From Balanoglossus misakiensis (lineage: Eukaryota; Animalia; Hemichordata), in assembly GCA_040954595.2 (NCBI GenBank), contig CM082582.2, positions 2,216,303 to 2,280,302 of the forward strand: 64,000 bases of DNA, read 5' to 3'. Below the pieces are notes generated by a model that made no database searches, was not told the origin of the DNA, and saw nothing but the letters and a program-made list of their open reading frames with translations. The position numbers were made by a program, and so were the translations under genes. This document shows positions 13,801-26,925 of this stretch, one piece after another. Numbering within the stretch: the first letter of the stretch is position 1; every line of letters starts with the position of its first letter.

Positions 13801-16800
13801 ACCTTTGACCTACTTAACACTATATCAGCACCAAACATAGATATAACCTTGATATTTCATTTGCTAAAACACAGCATTATGTTTCTACTCATTAATTATG
13901 TGCATATCTAATAATCAGATCAGATAATAAAGCTTGGGCCCGGACAATGCTGCTTGCAGCTTTAATTCTTTCTTTCTTTCTTTCTTTCTTTATTCTTGTG
14001 TCAATTCTTTGTCGCTCTAGATCTCAGACACCGCTGCAGGTACACTTCTGAAACTTGCTACAGTGGTCAAGGTCAATGAGTAGTCGTGCATTGAACCCTT
14101 GAATTTTTAATTAGTCACGTGACCTGGCGGCCATATTGGATATTCTGAAAAAATGCAAATCTCAGATCTCAGAAACTACAAGTCAGATCGACTTCAAATT
14201 TGGTGTGCAGGTAGTTTACCTTCTACCCATCATTTTTGTAATTGGAAATTATGCTGTCAATGTTGCAGTTTTTTTGCTACAATTTTTTTTCTGAAATCTG
14301 GCTTAAATTTCAAAAATCTTCTTCTCCAGAACCGGTGATAACCGAGTCACGCGGTTTGGGGTATGTGGTCACCTAACTGATGTCTATCAAGTTTGCGAAG
14401 ATCATTGTGATTGGTTGAAGATTATGGCGGCCATATTGGATTTTCGAAAAACCCTAGTAAAATTTCAAAAATCTTCTTCTCAAGAACCGGCGATAACCGA
14501 GTCACAAGATTTGGTGTGTGTGGTCACTAAACAGATGTCTATCAAGTTTGCGAAGAGGAATGTGATTGGTCGAAGATTATGGCGGCCATATTGGATTTTG
14601 TGAAAAACGATTAAAAAGTAAAAATTCCCTTTCTAGCCTAAAAATTGATAGCACAGAAATTCTTTTTATGGATATGAATCATCATATGACAAGAATAAGC
14701 TATAAATATTTTGGTAATTTTGGCAATGACCTTTGACCTACTTTTGACGCATGATTTTTCTGCATATCTAATTCCAGGCTAACCAATAGGGCTATAAGTT
14801 TGGTTTTTGATGTATGTCGATTTGTATGTGATCCAAAAATTTTGCTACTTTTCATGACCCCTTTGACCTCTGCTGACCTCATTAAATATGTACATACCTA
14901 ATTACAGATGAACCAATAGACCTAGAGGTTTTGTTTTTGTTATACATGGACCAGTATGGGGTCAAAATATTTTGCCCAAATGTTGGGTGACCTCAGGTGA
15001 CCTTTGACCTACTTTTGCATATCTCGACATCCACAGCAGATACAGCCTTGGCGTTTGGAGGTATGGGGCCATAATGAAAAGCCAAAGTTTTGGGTCACCT
15101 GTGACACCTGCTTAACTCATTAATTATGTGCATACCTAATTATAGGCTAACCAAAAGGGCTAGAGGTCTGGTTTTTGTTGGACATGGACCACTATGGGTC
15201 AAAATTTTCTGCCCAAATTTTGGATGACCTCAGATGACCTTTGACCTACTTTTGCATATCTCGGCATCCAAAGCAGGTACAGCCTTGGCATTTGGAGGTA
15301 TGGGGCCATAATGAAAAGCCAAAGCCAAAGTTTTGGGTCACCTGTGACACCTGCTTTAGGCATTATTTATGTGCATACCTAATTCCAGGCTAACCAAAAG
15401 GGCTAGAGGTCTGGTTTTTGTTGGACATGGACCACTATGGGTTAAAATTTTCTGCCCAAATGTTGGGTGACCTCTGGGTGACCTTTGACCTACTTAACAC
15501 TTTATCAGCACCAAACATAGATATAACCTTGATATTTCATGGGATAGAACAGCATTATGTTTCTACTCATTAATTATGTGCATATCTAATATCAGATCAG
15601 ATAATAGAGCTTGGGCCCGGACAATGCTGCTTGCAGCTTTAATTCTTTCTTTCTTTCTTTATTCTTGTGTCATTCTTTGTCGCTCTAGATCTCAGACACC
15701 ACTGCAGATACAGTTCTCAAACTTGCTACAGTGGTCAAGGTCAATGAGTAGTCGTGCATTGAACCCATGAATTTTTAATTAGTCACATGACCTGGCGGCC
15801 ATATTGGATTTTCTGAAAAAATGCAAATCTCAGATCTCAGAAACTACAAGTCAGATCGACTTCAAATTTGGCGTGCAGGTAGACTACCTTCTGTCAATCA
15901 TTTTTGTAATTGGAAATTATGCTGACAAAGTTGCAGTTTTTTTGCTACAATTTTTTTTCTGAAATCTGGCTTAAATTTCAAAAATCTTCTTCTCCAGAAC
16001 CGGTGATAACCAAGACACGGGGTTTGGGGTATGTGGTCACCTAACTGATGTCTATCAAGTTTGCGAAGATCATTGTGATTGGTTGAAGATTATGGCGGCC
16101 ATATTGGATTTTCGAAAAACCCTAGTAAAATTGCAAAATTCTTCTTCTCAAGAACCGGCGATAACCGAGTCACAAGATTTGGTGTGTGTGGTCATTAATC
16201 AGATGTCTATCAAGTTTGCGAAGAGCATTGTGATTGGTCGAAGATTATGGCGGCCATATTGGATTTTGTGAAAAACGATTAAAAAGTAGAAATTCCCTTT
16301 CTAGCCTAAAAATTGATAGCACAGAAATTCTTTTTATGGATATGAATCATCATATGACAAGAATAAGCTATAAATATTTTGGTAATTTTGGCAATGACCT
16401 TTGACCTACTTTTGACGCATCATTTTTCTGCATATCTAATTCCAGGCTAACCAATATGGCTATAAGTTTGGTTTTTGATGTATGTGGATTTGTATGTGAT
16501 CAAAAAATTTTGCTACTTTTTGTGACCCCTTTGACCTCTGCTGACCTCATTAAATATGCACATACCTAATTAATGATGAACCGGTAGACCTAGAGGTTTT
16601 GTTTTTGTTATACATGGACCAGTATGGGGTCAAAATATTTTGCCCAAATGTTGGGTGACCTCGGGTGACCTTTGACCTACTTTTGCATATCTCGACATCC
16701 ACAGCAGATACAGCCTTGGCGTTTGGAGGTATGGGGCCATAATGAAAAGCCAAAGTTTTGGGTCACCTGTGACCCCTGCTCAACTCATTATTTATGTGCA

Positions 16801-18497
16801 TACCTAATTCTGTGCTAACCAAAAGGCCTAGAGGTCTGGTTTTTGTTGGACATGGACCACTATGGGTCAAAATTTTCTGCCCAAATTGTGGGTGACCTCT
16901 GGGTGACCTTTGACCTACTTAACACTATATCAGCACCAAACATAGATATAACCTTGATATTTCATGGGATAAACACAGCATTATGTTCCATCTCATTAAT
17001 TATGTGCATATCTAATATCAGATCAGATAATAAAGCTTGGGCCCGGACAATGCTGCTTGCAGCTTTAATTCTTTCTTTCTTTCTTTCTTTTTTCTTGTGT
17101 CAATTCTTCGGCCAACGAGATCTCTTAAACTACTGCAGGTACACTGCTCAAACTTGCTACAGTTGTCAAGGTCTATGAGTAGATGTGCAGTGACTTGTAA
17201 ATACTTAATTAGTCATGTGACCTGGCGGCCATATTGGATTTTCTGAAAAAATGCAAATCTCAGATCTCAGAAACTACTAGTCAGATCGACTTCAAATTTG
17301 GCATGCAGGTAGACTACCTTCTACCCATCATTTTTGTAATTGGAAATTTTGCTGTCAATGTTGCAGTTTTTTTGCTACAATTTTTTTTCTGAAATCTGGC
17401 TTAAATTTCAAAAATCTTCTTCTCCAGAACCGGTGATAACCGAGACACGGGGTTTGGGGTATGTGGTCACCTAACTGATGTCTAGCAAGTTTGAGAAGAT
17501 CATTGTGATTGGTCGAAGATTATGGCGGCCATATTGGATTTTCGAAAAACCATAGTTAAACTCCAAAAATCTTCTTCTCCAGAACGGGCGATGACTGAGT
17601 CGCAAGATTCGGGGAGTATGGTCACTACACTGATGTCTATCAAGTTTGCAAAGAGCATTGTGATTGGTCGAAGATTATGGCGGCCATATTGGATTTTGTC
17701 AAAAGCAGTGAAAAATTGAAATTCCTTTTTCTAGTCTAAAAATTGATAGCATACAAATTCTTTTTATGGATATCAATCGTCATGTGACTAAAATATGTTA
17801 GAATTTTTTGGCGATTTTTCACATGACCTTTGACCTACTTATCACGCGTTATTATTTCTGCATATCTAATTCCAGGCTAACCTGTAGGGCTAGACGTTTG
17901 GTTTTTGATGAATGTGGATTAGTGTGTGATCAAAATATTTTGCTACTTTACATGACCCCTTTGACCTCTGCTGACCTCATTAATTATGTGCATAGCTAAT
18001 TACAGGTGAACCAATAGAGCTAGAGGTTTGGTTTTTGTTGGACATGGACCAGTATGGGATCAAAACTTTTTGCCCAAATGTTGTGTGACCTCTGGTGACC
18101 TTTGACCTACTTTCGCATATCTCAGCATCCAGAGCAGATACAGCCATGGCATTTGGTAGGATGGGACCAAAATGTAAAGCCACATTTTTGGGTCACCTGT
18201 GACATCTGCTGACCTCATTAAATATGCACATACCTAATTACAGGCGAACCAATAGAGCTAGAGTTTTGGTTTTTGTTGGACGTGGACCAGTATGGGTAAA
18301 AAAAAATTGCCCAAATGTTGGGTGATCTCAGGTGACCTTTGACCTACTTCACCCTATTTCAGCAGCAAAAATACACACATCCTTGTTATGTCATGAGATA
18401 ATACATCCGATAGAAAATTCTGTTTCTTCTCATTCATACTGTGCATATATAATTCGAGATCAGCGCTTGGGCCCGACAATGCTGCTCGCAGCTTTAA
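10571..18497 (+). mobile_element. Cluster 1: five nested non-autonomous Helentron-like (HINE/DINE-1-type) elements
   Basis: Heads (agggcccaagc-loop-gcttgggccct) at 10571, 10624, 10695, 10748 and 12228. Tails (gcttgggccc...gctgct[t/c]gcagc-tttaa) end at 12225, 13965, 15642, 17068 and 18497. The cluster sits in a T-run of the LINE with only two extra T and no longer TSD. Confidence 0.8.
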
Positions 18498-18499
18498 TT

Positions 18500-18580
18500 T
18501 TAGTTCCAATTATTAAGGATAAAACTAAGCTTTGTAGTGATGCCAGTAACTACCGGCCGATAGCACTAGCAACTGTTTTT
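18500..18580 (+). mobile_element. Resumption of LINE ORF2 (RT N-terminal motif)
   Basis: LVPIIKDKTKLCSDASNYRPIALATVF joins in frame to AIKVI ending at 10570. NYRPI is the canonical LINE RT motif. Confidence 0.93.
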
Positions 18581-19934
18581 GAAATATCAAGGTTATATCT
18601 ATGTTTGGTGCTGATATAGTGTTAAGTAGGTCAAAGGTCACCCAGAGGTCACCCACAATTTGGGCAGAAAATTTTGACCCATAGTGGTCCATGTCCAACA
18701 AAAACCAGACCTCTAGGCCTTTTGGTTAGCACAGAATTAGGTATGCACATAAATAATGAGTTGAGCAGGGGTCACAGGTGACCCAAAACTTTGGCTTTTC
18801 ATTATGGCCCCATACCTCCAAACGCCAAGGCTGTATCTGCTGTGGATGTCGAGATATGCAAAAGTAGGTCAAAGGTCACCCGAGGTCACCCAACATTTGG
18901 GCAAAATATTTTGACCCCATACTGGTCCATGTATAACAAAAACAAAACCTCTAGGTCTACCGGTTCATCATTAATTAGGTATGTGCATATTTAATGAGGT
19001 CAGCAGAGGTCAAAGGGGTCACAAAAAGTAGCAAAATTTTTTGATCACATACAAATCCACATACATCAAAAACCAAACTTATAGCCATATTGGTTAGCCT
19101 GGAATTAGATATGCAGAAAAATGATGCGTCAAAAGTAGGTCAAAGGTCATTGCCAAAATTACCAAAATATTTATAGCTTATTCTTGTCATATGATGATTC
19201 ATATCCATAAAAAGAATTTCTGTGCTATCAATTTTTAGGCTAGAAAGGGAATTTCTACTTTTTAATCGTTTTTCACAAAATCCAATATGGCCGCCATAAT
19301 CTTCGACCAATCACAATGCTCTTCGCAAACTTGATAGACATCTGATTAATGACCACACACACCAAATCTTGTGACTCGGTTATCGCCGGTTCTTGAGAAG
19401 AAGAATTTTGCAATTTTACTAGGGTTTTTCGAAAATCCAATATGGCCGCCATAATCTTCAACCAATCACAATGATCTTCGCAAACTTGATAGACATCAGT
19501 TAGGTGACCACATACCCCAAACCCCGTGTCTTGGTTATCACCGGTTCTGGAGAAGAAGATTTTTGAAATTTAAGCCAGATTTCAGAAAAAAAATTGTAGC
19601 AAAAAAACTGCAACTTTGTCAGCATAATTTCCAATTACAAAAATGATTGACAGAAGGTAGTCTACCTGCACGCCAAATTTGAAGTCGATCTGACTTGTAG
19701 TTTCTGAGATCTGAGATTTGCATTTTTTCAGAAAATCCAATATGGCCGCCAGGTCATGTGACTAATTAAAAATTCATGGGTTCAATGCACGACTACTCAT
19801 TGACCTTGACCACTGTAGCAAGTTTGAGAACTGTATCTGCAGTGGTGTCTGAGATCTAGAGCGACAAAGAATGACACAAGAATAAAGAAAGAAAGAAAGA
19901 ATTAAAGCTGCAAGCAGCATTGTCCGGGCCCAAG
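18580..19934 (-). repeat. 1355-bp inverted duplicate of 15610-16964
   Basis: The ends map as reverse complements (coordinate sum 35544). The mirrored ORF translations are identical: 16083-16271(+) with 19273-19461(-), and 16550-16753(-) with 18791-18994(+). Confidence 0.95.
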
Positions 19935-19949
19935 TTTTTGAGCATATTT

Positions 19950-20400
19950 GGGGGCACAAGCGCCCTCAGGCGGCTTGTGCCCCCATTGTTATTGTTGGAA
20001 TTTTTCTTTATTAGGGCCCAAGCGCACGCAAGCGCTTGGGCCCTATTGGTTTTGTTGGAATTTTTAGGGCCCAAGCGCACGCAAGCGCTTGGGCCCTATT
20101 GGTTTCGTTGGAATTTTTTAGGGCCCAAGCGCAACAAGCAAGCGCTTGGGCCCTATTGGTTTCGTTGGAATTTTTCTTTCTTTCTTTAGGGCCCAAGCGC
20201 TTGCTTGCGCTTGGGCCCTATTGGTTTCGTTGGGGTTTTTAGGGCCCAAGCGCAAGCAAGCGCTTGGGCCCTATTGGTTTCGTTGGAATTTTTTAGGGCC
20301 CAAGCCCAGCAGGCTTGGGCCCTATTGGTATTACTGGGGTTTTTTAGGGCACAAGCCCCACAGGCTTGTGCCCTATTGGTATTGTTGGCTTTTTTCTTCT
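19950..20400 (+). repeat. Stack of eight heads from three subfamilies
   Basis: Divergent head gggggcacaagc...gcttgtgccccc at 19950; family A heads at 20013, 20066, 20120, 20188 and 20241; family B heads (followed by ggtatt) at 20295 and 20346. Confidence 0.95.
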
Positions 20401-23400
20401 ACTTCTTCTTGGGCACTTTTTTCGGCCAGGTAGATCTGAAAAACTGCTGAACCCAAAAATCTCAAATTTGGCACAATGGTGCAGGCCAATGAGAGCTGGT
20501 GCAGTACCCTCGTGAATGTTCAATAAGTCATGTGACCTGATGACCATATATGGGCAAAATTTTCAAATCGGCCTTATTTGCATATGCACGGAGATATCAA
20601 AATTCTTTTAGCAACTTTTGTGAACCATGTGGTCAGGGTTCTACATGCCAAATGTCAAGGCCATAGGCCTTGTCAATTTTGAGAAGAAGATTTTTAAGTA
20701 TTATTTTTCATATTTTTCGGCCAAGCCATCGGCCTATACTATACATAGTTAAGCTTTGACCACATTTTATTTTGGATGAATATGCAGTCATATCTCAAAA
20801 TATGTTGGGCCGATCAACTCCAAGTTTGGTGTGCAGGTAGCTTAGCATTTGCCAATAATTTTAAGCGAAAAAAATTAATATGAAAAATCGACCGATTTTT
20901 TTATATTAATTTTTTTATGAAATTTATACCTTTACTTATACCTCTATGGTTAAGCTATGTCCACGTCTTATTGTAGAATTCTGGTCTGTGCAATGTTCCT
21001 GTACACTGACTGTCTATTGGCCCGTGCGCAGAATGGGACCAAAATAAAAGGCAAAATTTTGGGCTCACCTGTAACACCTGCTTAACTCATTAATTATGCA
21101 CATACCTCATTCCGGGCTAACTAATAGGGCTAGAGGTATTGTTCTTGTGTGACAAGGACTAGTATGGGGTCAAAAATGTTTACCAAATTTTCGGTGACCT
21201 CAGGTGACCTTTGACCTACTTTCCTATATCTCGGCATCCAGAGCAGGTACAGACTTGGCGTTTGGAGGGTTGTGACTAAAATTGAAAAGCCAAAATGGGG
21301 ATCACCTGTGACACCTGCATATCTCATTAATTATGTGCATACCTAATTCCAGGATGACCAGTAGAGCTATAGGTTTGGTTTTTGTTGAACATGGACCAGT
21401 ATAGGGTCAAAATTTCTTGCCCAAATTTCGCATGACCTCAGGTGACCTTTGACCTACTTTACCATATCTTGGCATCCAGAGCAGGTACAGACTTGGCGTT
21501 CGGAGGGTTGGGATTAAAATTGAAAAGCCGAATTGGCGCTCACCTGTGTCACCTGCATATCTCATTAATTATGTGCATACCTAATTCCAGGCTAACCAAT
21601 AGAGCTATAGGTTTGGTTTTTGTTAAACATGGACCAGTATAGGGTCAAAATTTCTTGCCCAAATTTTGCATGACCTCAGGTGACCTTTGACCTACTTTAC
21701 CAGATCTCGGCATCCAGAGCAGGTACAGGCTTGGCGTTTGGAGGGTTGGGACTAAAATTGGAAAGCCAAATTGGGGGTCAGTTGTGACACCTGCCTACCT
21801 CATTAATTATGTGCATACCTAATTTCAGGCTAACCAATAGGGCTATAGGTTTGGTTTTTGTTGAACATGGACCAGTATAGGGTCAAAATTTCTTGCCGAA
21901 ATTTTGCATGACCTCAGGTGACCTTTGACCTACTTAACCATATCTTGGCATCCAGAGCAGATATGCTTATTGCTATGTTGCTATGTGCTATGTTGGCTTG
22001 GGCCCGCTATTGCTGCTTGCAGCTATATTCTTCTACTTCTTCTTCTTTTTCTTCTTCTGTCATTTTCTTTGGCGAGGTAGATCTGGAAAACTGCTAAACC
22101 TACCAATTTCAAACTTGGCACAATGGTGCAGGCCAATGAGAGCTAGTGCAGTACCCTTGTGAATGTTTAATTAGTCACGTGACCTGATGACCATATATGG
22201 GCAAAATTTTCAAATCCGCCTTATTTGCATATGAATGGAGATATCACAATTCTTTTAGCAACTTTTGCGGACCATGTGGTCAGTGTCCTACATGCCAAAT
22301 GTCAAGGCCATTGGCCATGCCAATTTTGAGAAGAAGATTTTTAAGTATTATTTTCCATATTTTTTGACCAAGCCATGGGCCTATACTTTACATAGTAAAG
22401 CTATGACCACATATTATTTTGGAGAAATAAGCATACATATCTCAAAATCTGTTAGGCCGATCATCTCCAACTTTGGTGTGCAGCAAGCCTAGCATTTGTC
22501 AATAATTTTAAGCAGAAAAAAATAATATGAAAAATCGACAGATTTTTTTATATTAATTTGTTTATTAAATTTATACCTTTGCTTATACCTCTATGGTTAA
22601 GCTATGTCCATGTCTTATTGTGGAATTCTGGTCAGTGCGATAGTCCTGTACAGTGAGTGTCTATTGGTCAGTGAGCACAATGGCACCAAAATAAAAGGCA
22701 AAATTTTAGGCTCACCTGTAACACCTGCTTAACTCATTAATTATGTGCATACCTAATTCTGGGCTAACTAAGAGGGCTAGATGTTTCGTTCTTGTGGGAC
22801 ATGGACCAGTATAGGGCCAACATTTCTTGCCCAAATTTGGGGTGAACTCAGGTGACCTTTGACCTACTTTCCTATATCTCGGCATCCAGAGCAGGTACAG
22901 ACTTGGCGTTTGGAGGGTTGGGACTAAAGTTGAAAAGCCAAAATAGGGGTCACCTGTGACACCTGCATATCTCATTAATTATGTGCATACCTAATTCCAG
23001 GCTAACCAATAGGGCTATAGGTTTTGTTTTTGTTGAACATGGACCAGTACAGGGTCAAAATTTCTTGCCCAAATTTTGCATGACCTCAGGTGACCTTTGA
23101 CCTACTTTACCAGATCTTGGCATCGAGAGCAGGTACAGACTTGGCGTTTGGAGGGTTGGGACTAAAATTGAAAAGCCAAATTGGGGGGTCACCTGTGACA
23201 CCTGCCTACCTCATTAATTATGTGCATACCTAATTCCAGGCTAACCAATAGGGCTATAGGTTTGGTTTTTGATGAACATGGACCAGTATAGGGTCAAAAT
23301 TTCTCGCCCAAATTTTGCATGACCTCAGGTGACCTTTGACCTACTTTTCCATATCTTGGCATCCAGAGCAGATATGCTTATTGCTATGTTGCTATGTGCT

Positions 23401-23440
23401 ATGTTGGCTTGGGCCCGCCATTGCTGCTTGCAGCTATATT
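20295..23440 (+). mobile_element. Two nested family-B HINE-like elements
   Basis: Two B heads are followed by two B bodies with a (CTT)n linker, a distinct body sequence and tails ending gcagctatatt. Confidence 0.85.
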
Positions 23441-24874
23441 CTTTCTTTCTTTCTTTCTTTCTTTATTCTCCTGTCAATTCTTCGGCCAACGAGATCTCTG
23501 AAACTACTGCAGGTACACTGCTCAAACTTGCTACAGTGGTCAAGGTCAATGAGTAGATGTGCAGTGGCTTGTGAATATTTAATTAGTCACGTGACATGGC
23601 GGCCATATTGGATTTTCTAAAAAAAATGCAAATCTCAGATCTCAGAAACTACAAGTCAGATCGACTTCAGATTTGGCGTGCAGGTAGTCTACCTTCTGCC
23701 CATCATTTTTGTAATTGTATATTTTGCTGTCAATGTTGCAGTTTTTTTGCTACAGTTGTTTTTCTGAAATCTGGCTTAAATTTCAAAAATCTTCTTCTCC
23801 AGAACCGGTGATAACCGAGTCACGCGGTTTGGGGTATATGGTCACCAAACTGATGTCTATCAAGTTTGCGAAGATCATTGTGATTGGTCGAAGATTATGG
23901 CGGCCATATTAGATTTTCGAAAAACCATAGTAAAACTCCAAAAATCTTCTTCTCCAGAAGGGGCAATAACTGAGTCGCAAGATTCGGGGAGTATGGTCTC
24001 TACACTGATGTCTATCAAGTTTGCCAGGAGCATTGTGATTGGTCGAAGATTATGGCGGCCATATTGGATTTTGTAAAAAGCAATGAAAAATTGAAATTCC
24101 TTTTTCTAGTCTAAAAATTGATAGCATACAAATTCTTTTCATGGATATCAATCGTCATGTGACTAAAATATGTTACAAATTTTAGGCGATTTTTCACATG
24201 ACCTTTGACCTACTTTTCACGCATTATTATTTCTGCATATCTAATTCCAGGCTAACCTATAGGGGTAGACGTTTGGTTTTTGATGCATGTGGATTAGTGT
24301 GTGATCAAAATATTTTGCTACTTTCCATGACCCCTTTGACCTCTGCTCACCTCATTAATTATGTGCATAGCTAATTACGGGCGAACCAATAGAGCTAGAG
24401 GTTTGGTTTTTGTTGGACATGGACCAGTATGGGATCAAAATTTTTTGCCCAAATGTTGGGTGACCTCTGGTGACCTTTGACCTACTTTCGCGTATCTCAA
24501 CATCCAGAGCAGATACAGCATTGGCATTTGGCAGGATGGGACCAAAATGTAAAGCCACATTTTTGGGTCACCTGTGACACCTGTTGACCTCATTAGATAT
24601 GCACATACCTTATTACCGGTGAACCAATAGAGCTAGAGTTTTGGTTTTTGTTGGACATGGCCCAGTATGGGTCAAAAAATTTTGCCCAAATGTTGGGTGA
24701 CCTGAGGTGACCTTTGACCTACTTTACTCTATTTCAGCAGCAAAAATACATATGTCCTTGTTATGTCATGAGATAAAACACCCGATAGAGCATTCTGTTT
24801 CTTCTGAATCATACTGTGCATATATAATACCGGATCAGCGCTTGGGCCCGGCAATGCTGCTTGCAGCTTTAATT

Positions 24875-25140
24875 AGGGCCCAAGCGCATACCAGCGCTTG
24901 GGCCCTATTGGTTTCGTTGGAATTTTTAGGGCCCAAGCGCAAGCAAGCGCTTGGGCCCTATTGGTTTCGTCTGGGTTTTTCTGTCTTTAGGGCCCAAGCG
25001 CATACCAGCGCTTGGGCCCTATTGGTTTCGTTGGGGTTTTTCAGTCTTTCTTTCCTTCTTAGGGCCCAAGCGCAAGCAAGCGCTTGGGCCCTATTGGTTT
25101 CGTTGGGGTTTTTCTGTCTTTCCTTCTTTCTTCTTTCTTT
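24875..25140 (+). repeat. Stack of four heads
   Basis: Heads at 24875, 24928, 24989 and 25061; near-copy of the stack at 26555. Confidence 0.95.
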
Positions 25141-26554
25141 CTTTATTCTTGTGTCAATTCTTTGTCGCTCTAGATCTCAGACACCGCTGCAGGTACACTT
25201 CTGAAACTTGCTACAGTGGTCAAGGTCAATGAGTAGTCGTGCATTGAACCCTTGAATTTTTAATTAGTCACGTGACCTGGCGGCCATCTTGGATTTTCTG
25301 AAAAAATGCAAATCTCAGATCTCAGAAACTTCAAGTCAGATCAACTTCAAATTTGGCATGCAGGTAGACTACCTTCTACCCATCATTTTTGTAATTGGAA
25401 ATTTTGCTGTCAATGTTGCAGTTTTTTCGCTACAATTTTTTTTCTGAAATCTGGCTTAAATTTCAAAAATCTTCTTCTCCAGAACCGGTGATAACCGAGA
25501 CACGGGGTTTGGGGTATGTGGTCACCTAACTGATGTCTATCAAGTTTGCGAAGATCATTGTGATTGGTCGAAGATTATGGCGGCCATATTGGATTTTCAA
25601 AAAACCATAGTTAAACTCCAATAATCTTCTTCTCCAGAATGGGCGATGACTGAGTTGCAAGATTCGGGGAGTATGGTCTCTACACTGATGTCTATCAAGT
25701 TTGCCAGGAGCATTGTGATTGGTCGAAGATTATGGCGGCCATATTGGATTTTGTAAAAAGCAATGAAAAATTGAAATTCCTTTTTCTAGTCTAAAAATTG
25801 ATAGCATACAAATTCTTTTCATGGATATCAATCGTCATGTGACTAAAATATGTTACAAATTTTAGGCGATTTTTCACATGACCTTTGACCTACTTTTCAC
25901 GCATTATTATTTCTGCATATCTAATTCCAGGCTAACCTATAGGGGTAGACGTTTGGTTTTTGATGCATGTGGATTAGTGTGTGATCAAAATATTTTGCTA
26001 CTTTCCATGACCCCTTTGACCTCTGCTCACCTCATTAATTATGTGCATAGCTAATTACGGGCGAACCAATAGAGCTAGAGGTTTGGTTTTTGTTGGACAT
26101 GGACCAGTATGGGATCAAAATTTTTTGCCCAAATGTTGGGTGACCTCTGGTGACCTTTGACCTACTTTCGCGTATCTCAACATCCAGAGCAGATACAGCA
26201 TTGGCATTTGGCAGGATGGGACCAAAATGTAAAGCCACATTTTTGGGTCACCTGTGACACCTGTTGACCTCATTAGATATGCACATACCTTATTACCGGT
26301 GAACCAATAGAGCTAGAGTTTTGGTTTTTGTTGGACATGGCCCAGTATGGGTCAAAAAATTTTGCCCAAATGTTGGGTGACCTGAGGTGACCTTTGACCT
26401 ACTTTACTCTATTTCAGCAGCAAAAATACATATGTCCTTGTTATGTCATGAGATAAAACACCCGATAGAGCATTCTGTTTCTTCTGAATCATACTGTGCA
26501 TATATAATACCGGATCAGCGCTTGGGCCCGGCAATGCTGCTTGCAGCTTTAATT

Positions 26555-26925
26555 AGGGCCCAAGCGCATACCAGCGCTTGGGCCCTATTGGTTTCGTTGG
26601 AATTTTTAGGGCCCAAGCGCAAGCAAGCGCTTGGGCCCTATTGGTTTCGTTGGAATTTTTAGGGCCCAAGCGCACAGCAGCGCTTGGGCCCTATTGGTTT
26701 CGTCTGGGTTTTTCTGTCTTTAGGGCCCAAGCGCATACCAGCGCTTGGGCCCTATTGGTTTCGTTGGGGTTTTTCAGTCTTTCTTTCCTTCTTAGGGCCC
26801 AAGCGCAAGCAAGCGCTTGGGCCCTATTGGTTTCGTTGGGGTTTTTTAGGGCCCAAGCGCAAGCAAGCGCTTGGGCCCTATTGGTTTCGTTGGAATTTTT
26901 CTTTCTTTCTTTCTTTCTTTCTTTA
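26555..26925 (+). repeat. Stack of six heads
   Basis: Heads at 26555, 26608, 26661, 26722, 26794 and 26848. Confidence 0.95.

Noticed and set aside
19950-20400. CRISPR-like array of palindromic ~53-bp repeats (also at 10571, 24875, 26555, 45857)
   Set aside because: No unique spacers and no cas genes, and the context is eukaryotic. The variable part is a short hairpin loop, and the units are explained as stacked element termini.
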